The notes beneath the pieces were generated by a model. That model made no database searches. It worked only from the letters and a program-made list of their open reading frames with translations, and had not been told where the DNA came from. From an uncultured virus (IMG/VR IMGVR_UViG_3300020463_003402) (taxonomy: Duplodnaviria; Heunggongvirae; Uroviricota; Caudoviricetes), in the IMG/VR virus record IMGVR_UViG_3300020463_003402: a stretch of 64,000 bases of DNA; one strand, given 5' to 3'. Positions within the stretch are counted from its first letter, which is position 1, and each line of letters opens with the position of its first letter. The translations under genes were made by a program, and so were the position numbers. Of the stretch, positions 1-9,174 are shown piece by piece.

Positions 1-321
1 TTACTTTTGTTTTGTTGGTTCTGGTGGTTCTGGGTTGGGGTCTGGTGTAGGGGTTGAGGGTTCACCAATCACCTCGCTTTCGGAAAGCTCCGCCTCTCGC
101 CTTTTCCTCAGTTCGATTTCAACCTCGTTTGATATTGCTTCGATATACCACTGCATAGATTCGATATCACTTTTGAACCCTGCGTTGATCAAACCAACAA
201 CATTGTCGTCGATTTTGTTTTCAGTAAATTTAGCCGCAAGCTTTAACAAGAACAAAACCATATGTCGTGTCAGCAATGCGGCACCAAAGTTTCTAAAAAG
301 AAGTATTAATGCGGCTTTCAT
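1..321 (-). CDS. Lysis-cassette protein (holin/spanin-like), Pro-rich C-terminus
   Basis: Directly after the endolysin; hydrophobic N-terminus; SD GGAG; preceded by the ATTGACGAT motif. Confidence 0.5.
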   Translation of the reverse strand: MKAALILLFRNFGAALLTRHMVLFLLKLAAKFTENKIDDNVVGLINAGFKSDIESMQWYIEAISNEVEIELRKRREAELSESEVIGEPSTPTPDPNPEPPEPTKQK

Positions 322-340
322 GTTGTAGCTCCAATTATCG

Positions 341-910
341 TCAATCTCTTAGCGCTATGCGCTTATTTATCCAACCAAAGACAAATGTTTCGTCTGTCTC
401 TCGGGATTCGGCCAGTTCTAAATAATAAGCACCTTGTAAACAATTGAGCGCTTTTAAAAGAACAGGTTCGGCCAAGGCTTTACGATGAGCAAAGTAAAGC
501 TGCATGGCCTTAAGGGTTTTGCTACCAAATATCCCATCCACCTTTATATCGATGTAGATGGTTTGCATCTTATTAAAGGCATTCAACGCACGCTGCAGGA
601 ACTTAATCCCTGTGCCGGTACCAAGATTTACCCCAGCTTCAAACACCTCCCACGCTACGTCAGGGCTTACCGAAGCCAGCTCCGAGATACGAGGGCCAAA
701 CCAATAGGTCTGTAAGTAGATTTCTCGGGCTTTGGATTGCGGCATATCTTTCATAGCGCCAGTGTAACCGTGAGCGCGTGCAACCTTTTCAGTAATTCCC
801 CAGTTCGTAGGCCCACCTTTATCGTGAGGGTTATCTACGTACCCCGCTTCTAGTTTCACAATTTGAGCGACGTAAGCTTGGACTCTTGGGTCTGCGGAGT
901 AGTTAGCCAT
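341..910 (-). CDS. Endolysin, glycoside hydrolase family 108 with C-terminal peptidoglycan-binding domain
   Basis: EAGYVDNPHDKGGPTNWGIT GH108 signature; LQRALN...VDGIFG; ATG at 910 with GAGG SD. Confidence 0.9.
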   Translation of the reverse strand: MANYSADPRVQAYVAQIVKLEAGYVDNPHDKGGPTNWGITEKVARAHGYTGAMKDMPQSKAREIYLQTYWFGPRISELASVSPDVAWEVFEAGVNLGTGTGIKFLQRALNAFNKMQTIYIDIKVDGIFGSKTLKAMQLYFAHRKALAEPVLLKALNCLQGAYYLELAESRETDETFVFGWINKRIALRD

Positions 911-1361
911 TTTTAGCCTCAAAATTTTTGTTTTTAACCAGTTCTTTTAAATAGGACATTGTTTGTGATTGCTGGTTACTGATCTGGGTCATATGCTGAA
1001 TGACGATACTTTGGTCAGATTCCAGTTTTGAAAGACGGTGATTTATACCTGAGAGGGCTTGGTCAATATGTTGCTTGTTGAATTCAAGCTTTTCGTTAAC
1101 GCGTTCTTCTCTAGGGTGAGCCAATGCAACGTGCTCTTTAAAGGCCGCGAGTTCTCCCGCGATTTTTGTGGCAGAAGCGTTTGCCGTGGCGTGGTTTTTA
1201 TTTACGGTTTCCCACAGGTTTTTATTACTTTGTGAAAAACTTTCATGTGCGCTTTTCATATCAGATTTTATTCCCGATATGATAAATAGCGCGATTGTTA
1301 CCGCTACACCACTAATAGTGGCCATCACCCCTAAGAGTGCTAGCAAGGTTGTTGAGTCCAT
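903..1361 (-). CDS. Membrane-anchored coiled-coil protein of the lysis cassette (holin/spanin candidate)
   Basis: One N-terminal TM helix then coiled coil; overlaps the endolysin start. Confidence 0.5.
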   Translation of the reverse strand: MDSTTLLALLGVMATISGVAVTIALFIISGIKSDMKSAHESFSQSNKNLWETVNKNHATANASATKIAGELAAFKEHVALAHPREERVNEKLEFNKQHIDQALSGINHRLSKLESDQSIVIQHMTQISNQQSQTMSYLKELVKNKNFEAKNG

Positions 1362-1362
1362 C

Positions 1363-1755
1363 TTAGTGCCCCAAATACTTCATTAAACCGAGATTAATAC
1401 CAAGTGAACTCAAGATAATTAGCACCCAGACGCCAAAGTATGAGAGCTTTAAGCGAAGGGTATTTATAGAAAAATAAGATACATCGGAGGACCGCGTTTT
1501 GAAGTTTAAGAACCTGCGATAATCCCCACTCTTTTCCGCAGCTAGAAATGAGTTGAGTATCTGGCAGACACTATCCTCATAACTAACGTCTAGAAGCACT
1601 GAAGTAAAAGTGTATCGGCCTTTCTTAACGGCCAGAGGCGAACAGATAAATAGAGCGACAAGTTTCTGTCGTTCATTGAAGATTTTAATAACTTCACTTT
1701 CGGTAGGAATTTGCTCAACTTTTATATTGAGCTTAGAGGGATCGAGTATGCCCAT
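1363..1755 (-). CDS. Hypothetical protein with C-terminal TM helix
   Basis: ORF; ATTGACGAT motif and SD-like AGGCGG upstream. Confidence 0.55.
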   Translation of the reverse strand: MGILDPSKLNIKVEQIPTESEVIKIFNERQKLVALFICSPLAVKKGRYTFTSVLLDVSYEDSVCQILNSFLAAEKSGDYRRFLNFKTRSSDVSYFSINTLRLKLSYFGVWVLIILSSLGINLGLMKYLGH

Positions 1756-1830
1756 CTTGCCGCCTAAGTATCGTCAATTAGCCTAATTTTCAATCAAGCA
1801 TACTACCCTTAAGCAAGACTGTAAATGAAC

Positions 1831-1850
1831 AATGGCCATCCTTGGCCATT
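1831..1850. terminator. Hairpin after the tail-fibre cluster
   Basis: AATGGCCA-tcct-TGGCCATT inverted repeat; weak U-tract. Confidence 0.35.
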
Positions 1851-1855
1851 GATAG

Positions 1856-3562
1856 TTATGCACCTAAGTTAGCTTGCACATAAGCGCTTATGGGTGAGGC
1901 TCCCTGCGTCGATAGCGCTTCACTGGTTGAGTACACCACAACCCCTCTGCCATCACCCTCAATGTAGAGAACTACAGCAACATCAAAAGGCTCTCTCGCG
2001 CTCTTAGGTTGGAAGTCTCCAAAGCGGCAATGGGCTTCTGAGCCTTCGAAAACAATAGCGGTGGTGTCTGAGTCAATCCGCGCTTTTTCAGAAGTGTTAT
2101 ATATGATTACTTCTAGCTTGCTAATGGTGTTAGCTGGGGCTTCGAAGTCTATACAACCATCCTCATCAACTACCAAACCTAACTCGCTACTAGGGCGAAG
2201 CTTGATAATCTCACGGTTCGCTCTGCCAGGGTAAATCATTAAGTTACCATCTGTGATCAACTCAAAAGCTACCGAGTCGATTAACTCCAAAATACTACCG
2301 TCGAAGTTGAACGCGGCCACGGCAATTGAAACCGTTTTAGCTGTGCTTCGGGTTCCCTCAGTGTCGATGGCCACGACACTAAACGTAATTGTTTGTGCGT
2401 CATTCTCGCTTGGCGCGATGAAGCTCGGGCTGGCCGTAGTCCCAGATACTAGCGTGACAGTATCCCCCGCGGTCTGAGTCCATTCATAGCTGGCAATCGG
2501 ATGAGAACCAGCAGTACTTTGCGATGCATCTAATTGTACGGTGTCCCCTGAAGAGACTGATTGATTAGGTCCTAGAACCACGGTGGGGGGTGTAATCACG
2601 GGTTCTTGAGCAGCTGCAAGAATTGAGTGAGTGAACGTCACAGGTGAAGAATTTAAACCATCGCTATCAGTTACAATTAATTGAAAAACCAAATCTTGTG
2701 CGAAAGACTCAGAGGGCGCGGTATATGAACGGGAATTGCCCGAACCCATTAATGTAACAGCATCGCCACTTACTTGCGTAACATTATACGAAGCAATAGT
2801 TGCAGGCGCTACGGCTGAAGAGCCGCTAAAATCCATTGTGACTGGTGAGCCTGCAACTAAGTCCTGTTTATCTCCGTCAGCTGCAGCTGTTGGTGGTGTT
2901 TGTTCCGTTCCACCGCCTTGTTCACTTGCATACCTAAACTCAGACACCCGATAACCTGTATAACCGAGCCGCATACCTGCCTTAGTCGCGGTCTGATTAA
3001 AAGTGTCGTTAATGTTAGCTACCAGTGTAAAACCTGAATCGGTTGGGTCTGTTATATCGGTAATGTTTCTCTCATCACCAATATAGCCTTTAATGTTTTG
3101 ACCATTCGCCACCACCAAAATAACTGGCTTAGCATTAGAGCCAGCAACAACGGCATCTACTGTGGTGTATGTTGAAGAGCCATTTACAAATTTGCCTATT
3201 CTGGCAATAGGGTTGTCTTTAGATTGCCACATCAAAATGTGGTAGTTGTCAGGGTCTGAAATACGAAACCTTACCCCGATAAACGAACTTGTCTGAGCGG
3301 CCGCAGAATCAGTAAACATTCTCGCGACAAATTTGCCATCAGCTAAGCTGTCAACTTCAAAGTAATCACCGCCACCAGAGCTTGTGTCTGTTGGTTTTAA
3401 ACCGCCGCCTAATATTTCACCACCGCCTGTGGTAAATGTTATTTCACTAGGAAGTGCTGCACCGTTTTCCAGTGTGCTAAAATCTAATATCTTCACGCCA
3501 TTTCCTCCACCACTATTTGAAGCGCCATTTGTGTTTAATTCACCTTCTGTGTTTAATTCCAT
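1856..3562 (-). CDS. Virion/tail-associated protein with a lectin-like domain and two PKD-like domains
   Basis: Two repeats of the type GPNQSVSSGDTVQLDASQS..YEWTQTAG..PSFIAP; beta-rich N-terminal domain. Confidence 0.65.
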   Translation of the reverse strand: MELNTEGELNTNGASNSGGGNGVKILDFSTLENGAALPSEITFTTGGGEILGGGLKPTDTSSGGGDYFEVDSLADGKFVARMFTDSAAAQTSSFIGVRFRISDPDNYHILMWQSKDNPIARIGKFVNGSSTYTTVDAVVAGSNAKPVILVVANGQNIKGYIGDERNITDITDPTDSGFTLVANINDTFNQTATKAGMRLGYTGYRVSEFRYASEQGGGTEQTPPTAAADGDKQDLVAGSPVTMDFSGSSAVAPATIASYNVTQVSGDAVTLMGSGNSRSYTAPSESFAQDLVFQLIVTDSDGLNSSPVTFTHSILAAAQEPVITPPTVVLGPNQSVSSGDTVQLDASQSTAGSHPIASYEWTQTAGDTVTLVSGTTASPSFIAPSENDAQTITFSVVAIDTEGTRSTAKTVSIAVAAFNFDGSILELIDSVAFELITDGNLMIYPGRANREIIKLRPSSELGLVVDEDGCIDFEAPANTISKLEVIIYNTSEKARIDSDTTAIVFEGSEAHCRFGDFQPKSAREPFDVAVVLYIEGDGRGVVVYSTSEALSTQGASPISAYVQANLGA

Positions 3563-4986
3563 TACGCCACCTCAGAAGCCGCTAGCGCGTGATAGAAAAC
3601 AGGGAACCAGTTGTAAAGTGTTTCACCATCTACAATTGATGGAATGCTTTGCGAGTCGCGAACATTCAGTGCAGGTGTGCCCAGTTGCGTGTCTGAATAT
3701 CCGAAGTCTAAAACACCACCCTCTTCAAGCTGCACACCAAACTCGACAATCAAATTATTGCCGCTGACGTTTACGCTTGTAGCTACGGTTTCAACGTTCG
3801 TCGGTGAAATGTATTTGAAACCCCAACCCGACAACTGTGGGATTGTTGTCGTATCAATGACTATAGGGGGAACGGGAACGTGCATAGCTATAGTTACGCT
3901 TGTCCCGCTGACAGAATAGCTTTCTGGCTGTAAGCATTTGGACACTGGGGGGTTATCACCTGCAGCAACACTTTGCATCAATCTGTGCGCCGCTAGTGCG
4001 TGGTATTCGCCTTGCATCATGTATCCCTGCGCTTTCATGTGCGTTGTATCACTGCTACTCGCTGGGTATTTGTGGCTGATGTACCATTTGCTGCCAGCGT
4101 AGTGTGCATCATCGTTTTCTAGCGCGTATTGATAAAGGGCATTGTTGATTTCTCTTCGGCCTATACCGCTACCAATGCCAGTTAAAATCATATCGAAACG
4201 GCTCTGCCCCGTCTTCGCATTTGCTAATGATGTAACATAGTCGTGACCTGCCCTGACCGTTGTTTTGTAAGTGTCGGGGTCTGTATTGGTGTCAGACTCG
4301 CCTTGGTCCCAAAGCCAGAAAGGTAGGCTTACACCAAGGCCAATATCTGCCGCTCTTAAATCTGAACGGGTGATAAATCGGCCAGCATTATTCATAGACG
4401 GGTTTGATGTATCAAATAGCCAATCTGCTGTTTTGCCACCAACACCCGTACTCGCCCATAAAACAGGATTATTTCTATTGTCGTTAGACTTCTCTAACGA
4501 TCTGAAAAGTTGAATGAATGAATAACCGTGAGATTCAACCAGCTCGTTTTGATATGGTCTTAAAGACTCCATTTCTGCGACTTGCGCAACGTTATCCCCT
4601 TTACCCTCTGCGCGAATGCCGTTGAACATAAACCCACCAAACGGAGATTCTGCGTTAACAGCGCTGGAAGCAACACCGACAGAAAGTGATTGGCCAGCCA
4701 CTAAAACAGTATGTAATACCGTAGGCTCTCCAACTCCCCAAGCTGCAGAAGCCTGTTCATTGACAACCGCTTTAATTGATGCGCCGAAAATATCTGATTC
4801 TGGCGAATAAACCAGTAGTTCGTCACCCTCGTCAATTAAAAAGCTCTCTATCTCTGCATAACCATTTGTGAACGAAACTGAGCGCTCTTCAATTAACGAT
4901 TTGCTTTGATAATCAATTAAAGAAACGCGTCTCGCACCACTTTCGGGCTTGCCGTCTTTAGTTTGAATGATGATCTTACTAGCCAT
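3562..4986 (-). CDS. SGNH-type carbohydrate esterase (sialate O-acetylesterase/CE6-like) tail-associated protein
   Basis: LVAGQSL, WDQGESD and DTTH (DxxH) motifs. Confidence 0.75.
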   Translation of the reverse strand: MASKIIIQTKDGKPESGARRVSLIDYQSKSLIEERSVSFTNGYAEIESFLIDEGDELLVYSPESDIFGASIKAVVNEQASAAWGVGEPTVLHTVLVAGQSLSVGVASSAVNAESPFGGFMFNGIRAEGKGDNVAQVAEMESLRPYQNELVESHGYSFIQLFRSLEKSNDNRNNPVLWASTGVGGKTADWLFDTSNPSMNNAGRFITRSDLRAADIGLGVSLPFWLWDQGESDTNTDPDTYKTTVRAGHDYVTSLANAKTGQSRFDMILTGIGSGIGRREINNALYQYALENDDAHYAGSKWYISHKYPASSSDTTHMKAQGYMMQGEYHALAAHRLMQSVAAGDNPPVSKCLQPESYSVSGTSVTIAMHVPVPPIVIDTTTIPQLSGWGFKYISPTNVETVATSVNVSGNNLIVEFGVQLEEGGVLDFGYSDTQLGTPALNVRDSQSIPSIVDGETLYNWFPVFYHALAASEVA

Positions 4987-4997
4987 GTTTTGACTCT

Positions 4998-7898
4998 CTA
5001 TACTGTAATTGAAATTGTGTTAGACCATGCGCCAACTAGCGCCCCGTTTAGGCAACGGCATCTGATCTGGTATGTGCCTGAAGAAAAATTAAGCGAGCGC
5101 CTAAAACACCCAACAACACCAGGTAACCCTGTGTTGGGAACGGAAAGAGTTTGCCAGTCTGCGCCAGCATTACTCGAAACTTGAAATTCCATATCGGTCA
5201 GTGCTGCACGGTTTAAATCGTCCAGCGTTGGATAGGTTTTAAGAACGTGAATGAGTCTTGGCCGAAGCCTTACAGGACTGTATGTGCTGTAAGTACCAAA
5301 TCCCTTAGGTTGGTTTTGTAACTGTTCTGTAGAGATGCAGCGAATGTCATCCACCACGCAGTTCCATAGCTCAATGTATGGACTAGAGTGATTGGGCGAA
5401 AATACTTCACGAACTCCTGAAGTTCTAACGAACTCGGTATTAGCTACCGTTGCAGAACCTTTAGCGTGAGTACGGAGCATTTTACAAGCACCTTCATAGC
5501 GCGAGTAGTTTATTTCAGTGCGCTTCTTTAAATCGGTAACTGAGTCTGAACCATTCCTTAAATCACAGCCGTAGATATGCGCAGAGTAAAGGAATGCAGG
5601 CTCTCCGTGATATTCGCCATTAACTACAACACAATCGGAATTACCAAATTGCGCTTCGTAATTGCCGTAGTTAGAGTCCAATAAAAGGTCGATGTCACAG
5701 AAGAGCAGCTGCTGCACTTCTGCGAAGTCATCGTATAAATCGCACTGAATGCCTACCTGCCATGTATCGCTTTGGCCTGTGTACCCTCCAATAATTTCTG
5801 CACCCATTACCTCAACGGATTTAGCGCCGTAGATGCTGATACCTTTTCTTTTTCCAGTGGCCCAAACATTTTCAAAAAGATAATGCTTTTCGGGGTCTTT
5901 CCTGTAATAGCCTGATTGAGCATTGTAATCCAACTGTTGATTGGTAACCGCTATATCGGCTGTGTAAGTATCTCGCAGGCGAGTAACCGGAAGAACGTTA
6001 AATTTGAGATTAACGTCATTTCCATCAACCGTTGCGCTTAGTTCGGGTACTGCTGGCGTTTCGGTTCTGAGTAGCTTGCGAACATAAATATTTAGCACAT
6101 CACCGGAGTAACTTTGCCCTGCAACTGTAATAGTTGTTGCGTTAGCTGGTGCTCGAATAAGCCAAACTTCTGTACCGTCTATATAGTGGCTGTACTGCCC
6201 TTGGGCGCTCCCTATAGAAGGTACAACTCCACCTGAAGTTCGCCCCTCTAGTTTTACTGATATTTGGTAAACCTCTCGCTCTTCAAAAGCGTAATTAGCA
6301 GTCAGTGAAGCACTAGAGTTACTTGCTGTGTACCTATCTCCATTTTTAGACCAGCCAGAGCCGCTAAACGCATCGGGTTGAACTACCTTTGCTCCCACTT
6401 CTGGTGAGGGTAGTATTTTGAATCGGTGCATATAGATAAAGTTTTCAGTGCTGTATCTGAAATAGTCTATTGCTTCTTCGCCCGGGTCTAAATGCAACCA
6501 AGCATCTAAAGGCATGTAACGTAACGAACCATCTTCAGTAGGTACTATTCTCGCCCCACTAGGCAAATCAATCTGGCTAGAGAAAGCATTCTCAGCACCT
6601 TGCACTGACACCGCATTATCTAGTTGCGGAATGTGCATGTAAGGCAGAGACAGTGTTTTATTTGCGTATACAGGTAATGCGTCATCGGTCACCGTAGCTT
6701 TTACGCCACGCCAGCTTTCACCTTCGCTCAAAACTACGGTTTCATTATACAGTTCACCATTTACGGTAACGTTGTTTAAAATAAACGTACAAGCGCCACG
6801 AGCGTACACAAAAGGTAAAGGTGCTAATGCTTTATAGTCTCCACCGTTTATTGTGATAGTAGAGCCAGCATGACCTAAGATTACGCCAAGACCGCTTGTT
6901 TCATCCAAGTTGCAACCGCAATTGTTTAGCTCACCGTCTTTTTCAAACTCATAGGCAAAACCATCGCCTTGTATTCTTCGCGTCCATGACACCATGCAAT
7001 CACGCGCCTTAGACGTTTCAGAAAAGTGAAAACCTTTACAGTCGTAGGTGGACGTTAAGCCCTTAACATCAACAGGACACTCAAACCGAAAACCTTCATC
7101 ACTGAAACCCTGCGTATCAACATAGCGAACAATCGCCTTGTTACCTTGCTCTAAGTGAACACCAATAAAAGGCGTAGATTTTTCAGCAAAAAGGTTGTTT
7201 TCGTTAATAACCTTTCCGCCTACGATTTCAATCTCAGAGTGCCCCGCTCTTACTGCAATACCTATATCGCCAGAACCGGTAATGTCAAAGCCCTGCAATG
7301 AGATGTTGCTAGAGGCTGATGGAATAATAAGCGCTTTAAGTGTTGTTTTAATCCACGTTAAGCTTCGTAAAACCCAGTCAAACATACGATATCCACCTGT
7401 GTTTATTAGACCTGCGTTACTCATAATCGCGCCATGTATCTCTGTGCCACGGTTGTCTTTGGTTAGAGTTAGAAAGTTTTGGGAGTCCTTAATTTTTACG
7501 CTATAAAAGCGGTGATAATTCGCGCTTAATAAGATGAAGTTCGTGGGGGCGTTGATAATCCAAGGAGAGTGATTATCCAACCGTGTGTCTATGTCGCTTT
7601 CACCAACTTGCAAGCCAAAGTAAAATGAGAACCAAGCCCCTTTAGTGGCCTCATCGACATCAAAATCCCAAGGCGCGGTTCTTGGCACCCAGTCGCGAAC
7701 TTCAGAAGGGTGTGAGCCAATATAAAAATTATCGCCTCGTTCTATTCGGTAGTTTGGGTTCTCCCCATCACTATCGTTGTAGATTCGGTGGTATATGCTA
7801 TTTATTTCTTGGGCAGGATTGCAGTCGTCCCATTCCTCGCCCTGCGTCCAACCCTCAGCGGTTTTTAAATTCACATCAAATAAACGATTAATACTCAC
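4998..7898 (-). CDS. Putative depolymerase/tailspike: beta-helix (pectate-lyase-like) domains plus Ig/FN3-like domains
   Basis: Beta-helix-like repeats; C-terminal FN3-like GTYQIRCRC..GAWSNTISITV; position in the fibre cluster. Confidence 0.55.
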   Translation of the reverse strand: MSINRLFDVNLKTAEGWTQGEEWDDCNPAQEINSIYHRIYNDSDGENPNYRIERGDNFYIGSHPSEVRDWVPRTAPWDFDVDEATKGAWFSFYFGLQVGESDIDTRLDNHSPWIINAPTNFILLSANYHRFYSVKIKDSQNFLTLTKDNRGTEIHGAIMSNAGLINTGGYRMFDWVLRSLTWIKTTLKALIIPSASSNISLQGFDITGSGDIGIAVRAGHSEIEIVGGKVINENNLFAEKSTPFIGVHLEQGNKAIVRYVDTQGFSDEGFRFECPVDVKGLTSTYDCKGFHFSETSKARDCMVSWTRRIQGDGFAYEFEKDGELNNCGCNLDETSGLGVILGHAGSTITINGGDYKALAPLPFVYARGACTFILNNVTVNGELYNETVVLSEGESWRGVKATVTDDALPVYANKTLSLPYMHIPQLDNAVSVQGAENAFSSQIDLPSGARIVPTEDGSLRYMPLDAWLHLDPGEEAIDYFRYSTENFIYMHRFKILPSPEVGAKVVQPDAFSGSGWSKNGDRYTASNSSASLTANYAFEEREVYQISVKLEGRTSGGVVPSIGSAQGQYSHYIDGTEVWLIRAPANATTITVAGQSYSGDVLNIYVRKLLRTETPAVPELSATVDGNDVNLKFNVLPVTRLRDTYTADIAVTNQQLDYNAQSGYYRKDPEKHYLFENVWATGKRKGISIYGAKSVEVMGAEIIGGYTGQSDTWQVGIQCDLYDDFAEVQQLLFCDIDLLLDSNYGNYEAQFGNSDCVVVNGEYHGEPAFLYSAHIYGCDLRNGSDSVTDLKKRTEINYSRYEGACKMLRTHAKGSATVANTEFVRTSGVREVFSPNHSSPYIELWNCVVDDIRCISTEQLQNQPKGFGTYSTYSPVRLRPRLIHVLKTYPTLDDLNRAALTDMEFQVSSNAGADWQTLSVPNTGLPGVVGCFRRSLNFSSGTYQIRCRCLNGALVGAWSNTISITV

Positions 7899-9174
7899 TG
7901 ACGGGTATCCTTATTTTTATTGATTCAACGGTTATACTTCCTGTAATCCCATTGTTTCTTCTTTTAAAATAAATACGCTCTGCGTCAGTAAGAAAACGAT
8001 AAGGCTCGGCTTCGTAGACAATATTAGGAGCGCTATTGGAAATAGTTACAGCCATGTGACGGTTCATGGCATGTACCACAAGAATGATTTCAAAGCTGTA
8101 TTCGTCATAGTCGTCCCCGAAGAACCTTAAGGCATCGGTAGAGCCTGAAGCGTCTTCAACGGAATAGTTACGGTAGTTGTCAGGGTCTTGTGTCCAACTA
8201 AGCCCCATGTGATTAGGTGTTTGAGGTGTTACGTCTTCGCTATACCAGTAACCATCCGCTTTTTGATAGAAAGTTCTAAACGGGCTTTTTAATGTGCCAA
8301 AGGCAACATCAAAATAACCATTCAATGAACGATAGTACGAACGGTCAGCATCTAACGTGGCCCACGAGTTATCGAGTTCAATATAATCAATAATTCCCTC
8401 AAAATATTCGCTGTTGAACTCCCCTATTTTGTATAGGTCCGTAACAGTCGTTTCATATTCTTGCCACTCGTGATCATTGATAAAGGGGGGGTTGTTAGGT
8501 AATCCTAATCCACCGGTACCCATCGGGTAAACTCTAAGCTTTATGCTCCCCGAGTAAGCCGAGTTGAGGCGAATGATGGTGCCTCGTTGGAAAATAGCGA
8601 ACTTCCTTGAACCGATAACTGTAGGGATAGTTATCCATCTATCGGTTAATGAAATATGTACTAATCCGCGCACATCGTCGTAACGAATTTGCGGTTCATT
8701 ATTAGGTGAGTCTTGTGGTAAAACCTCTGTCTTTTTTAGCGTTGGGTAATCACTCAGGATATGGGTGAGACTTTGACTTTGGCGAACCGGAGGACTCTGG
8801 GCAACTTGGGTATATAAATATTCCAGTGCGGCTTCTACTGCGGGTTGTAAGTCTCCTGCGGGGTTGTTTATAGCTTCAATAAGCGCATTATATGCTGCCC
8901 TATTAGCTTCAACCGCACTTAAATAAACGTCCGCGTCCCCTAAAGGAATTATCTTTGCCGGTTTTTCTACAACGTTAGCATTTGGCCACGGAACTGTAAG
9001 TGTTAGCGTTCTATCCTGAGTGTTAGAGCTCTCCACCGTAACCGGTAGGGAATACCCTTCTATAAATAACTGACTATTTGTTTTAATCGCAAAGTTTGAA
9101 ACGTTGTCATTAATTTGAACAACGTTTTCATTCGTATCTATAGAGACGGAGGTAAAATCTCTGAGGTAATTCAT
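7888..9174 (-). CDS. Tail fibre / receptor-binding protein
   Basis: Follows the gpJ-like gene; fibre-like N-terminus (TLTLTVPWP). Confidence 0.55.
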   Translation of the reverse strand: MNYLRDFTSVSIDTNENVVQINDNVSNFAIKTNSQLFIEGYSLPVTVESSNTQDRTLTLTVPWPNANVVEKPAKIIPLGDADVYLSAVEANRAAYNALIEAINNPAGDLQPAVEAALEYLYTQVAQSPPVRQSQSLTHILSDYPTLKKTEVLPQDSPNNEPQIRYDDVRGLVHISLTDRWITIPTVIGSRKFAIFQRGTIIRLNSAYSGSIKLRVYPMGTGGLGLPNNPPFINDHEWQEYETTVTDLYKIGEFNSEYFEGIIDYIELDNSWATLDADRSYYRSLNGYFDVAFGTLKSPFRTFYQKADGYWYSEDVTPQTPNHMGLSWTQDPDNYRNYSVEDASGSTDALRFFGDDYDEYSFEIILVVHAMNRHMAVTISNSAPNIVYEAEPYRFLTDAERIYFKRRNNGITGSITVESIKIRIPVSEY

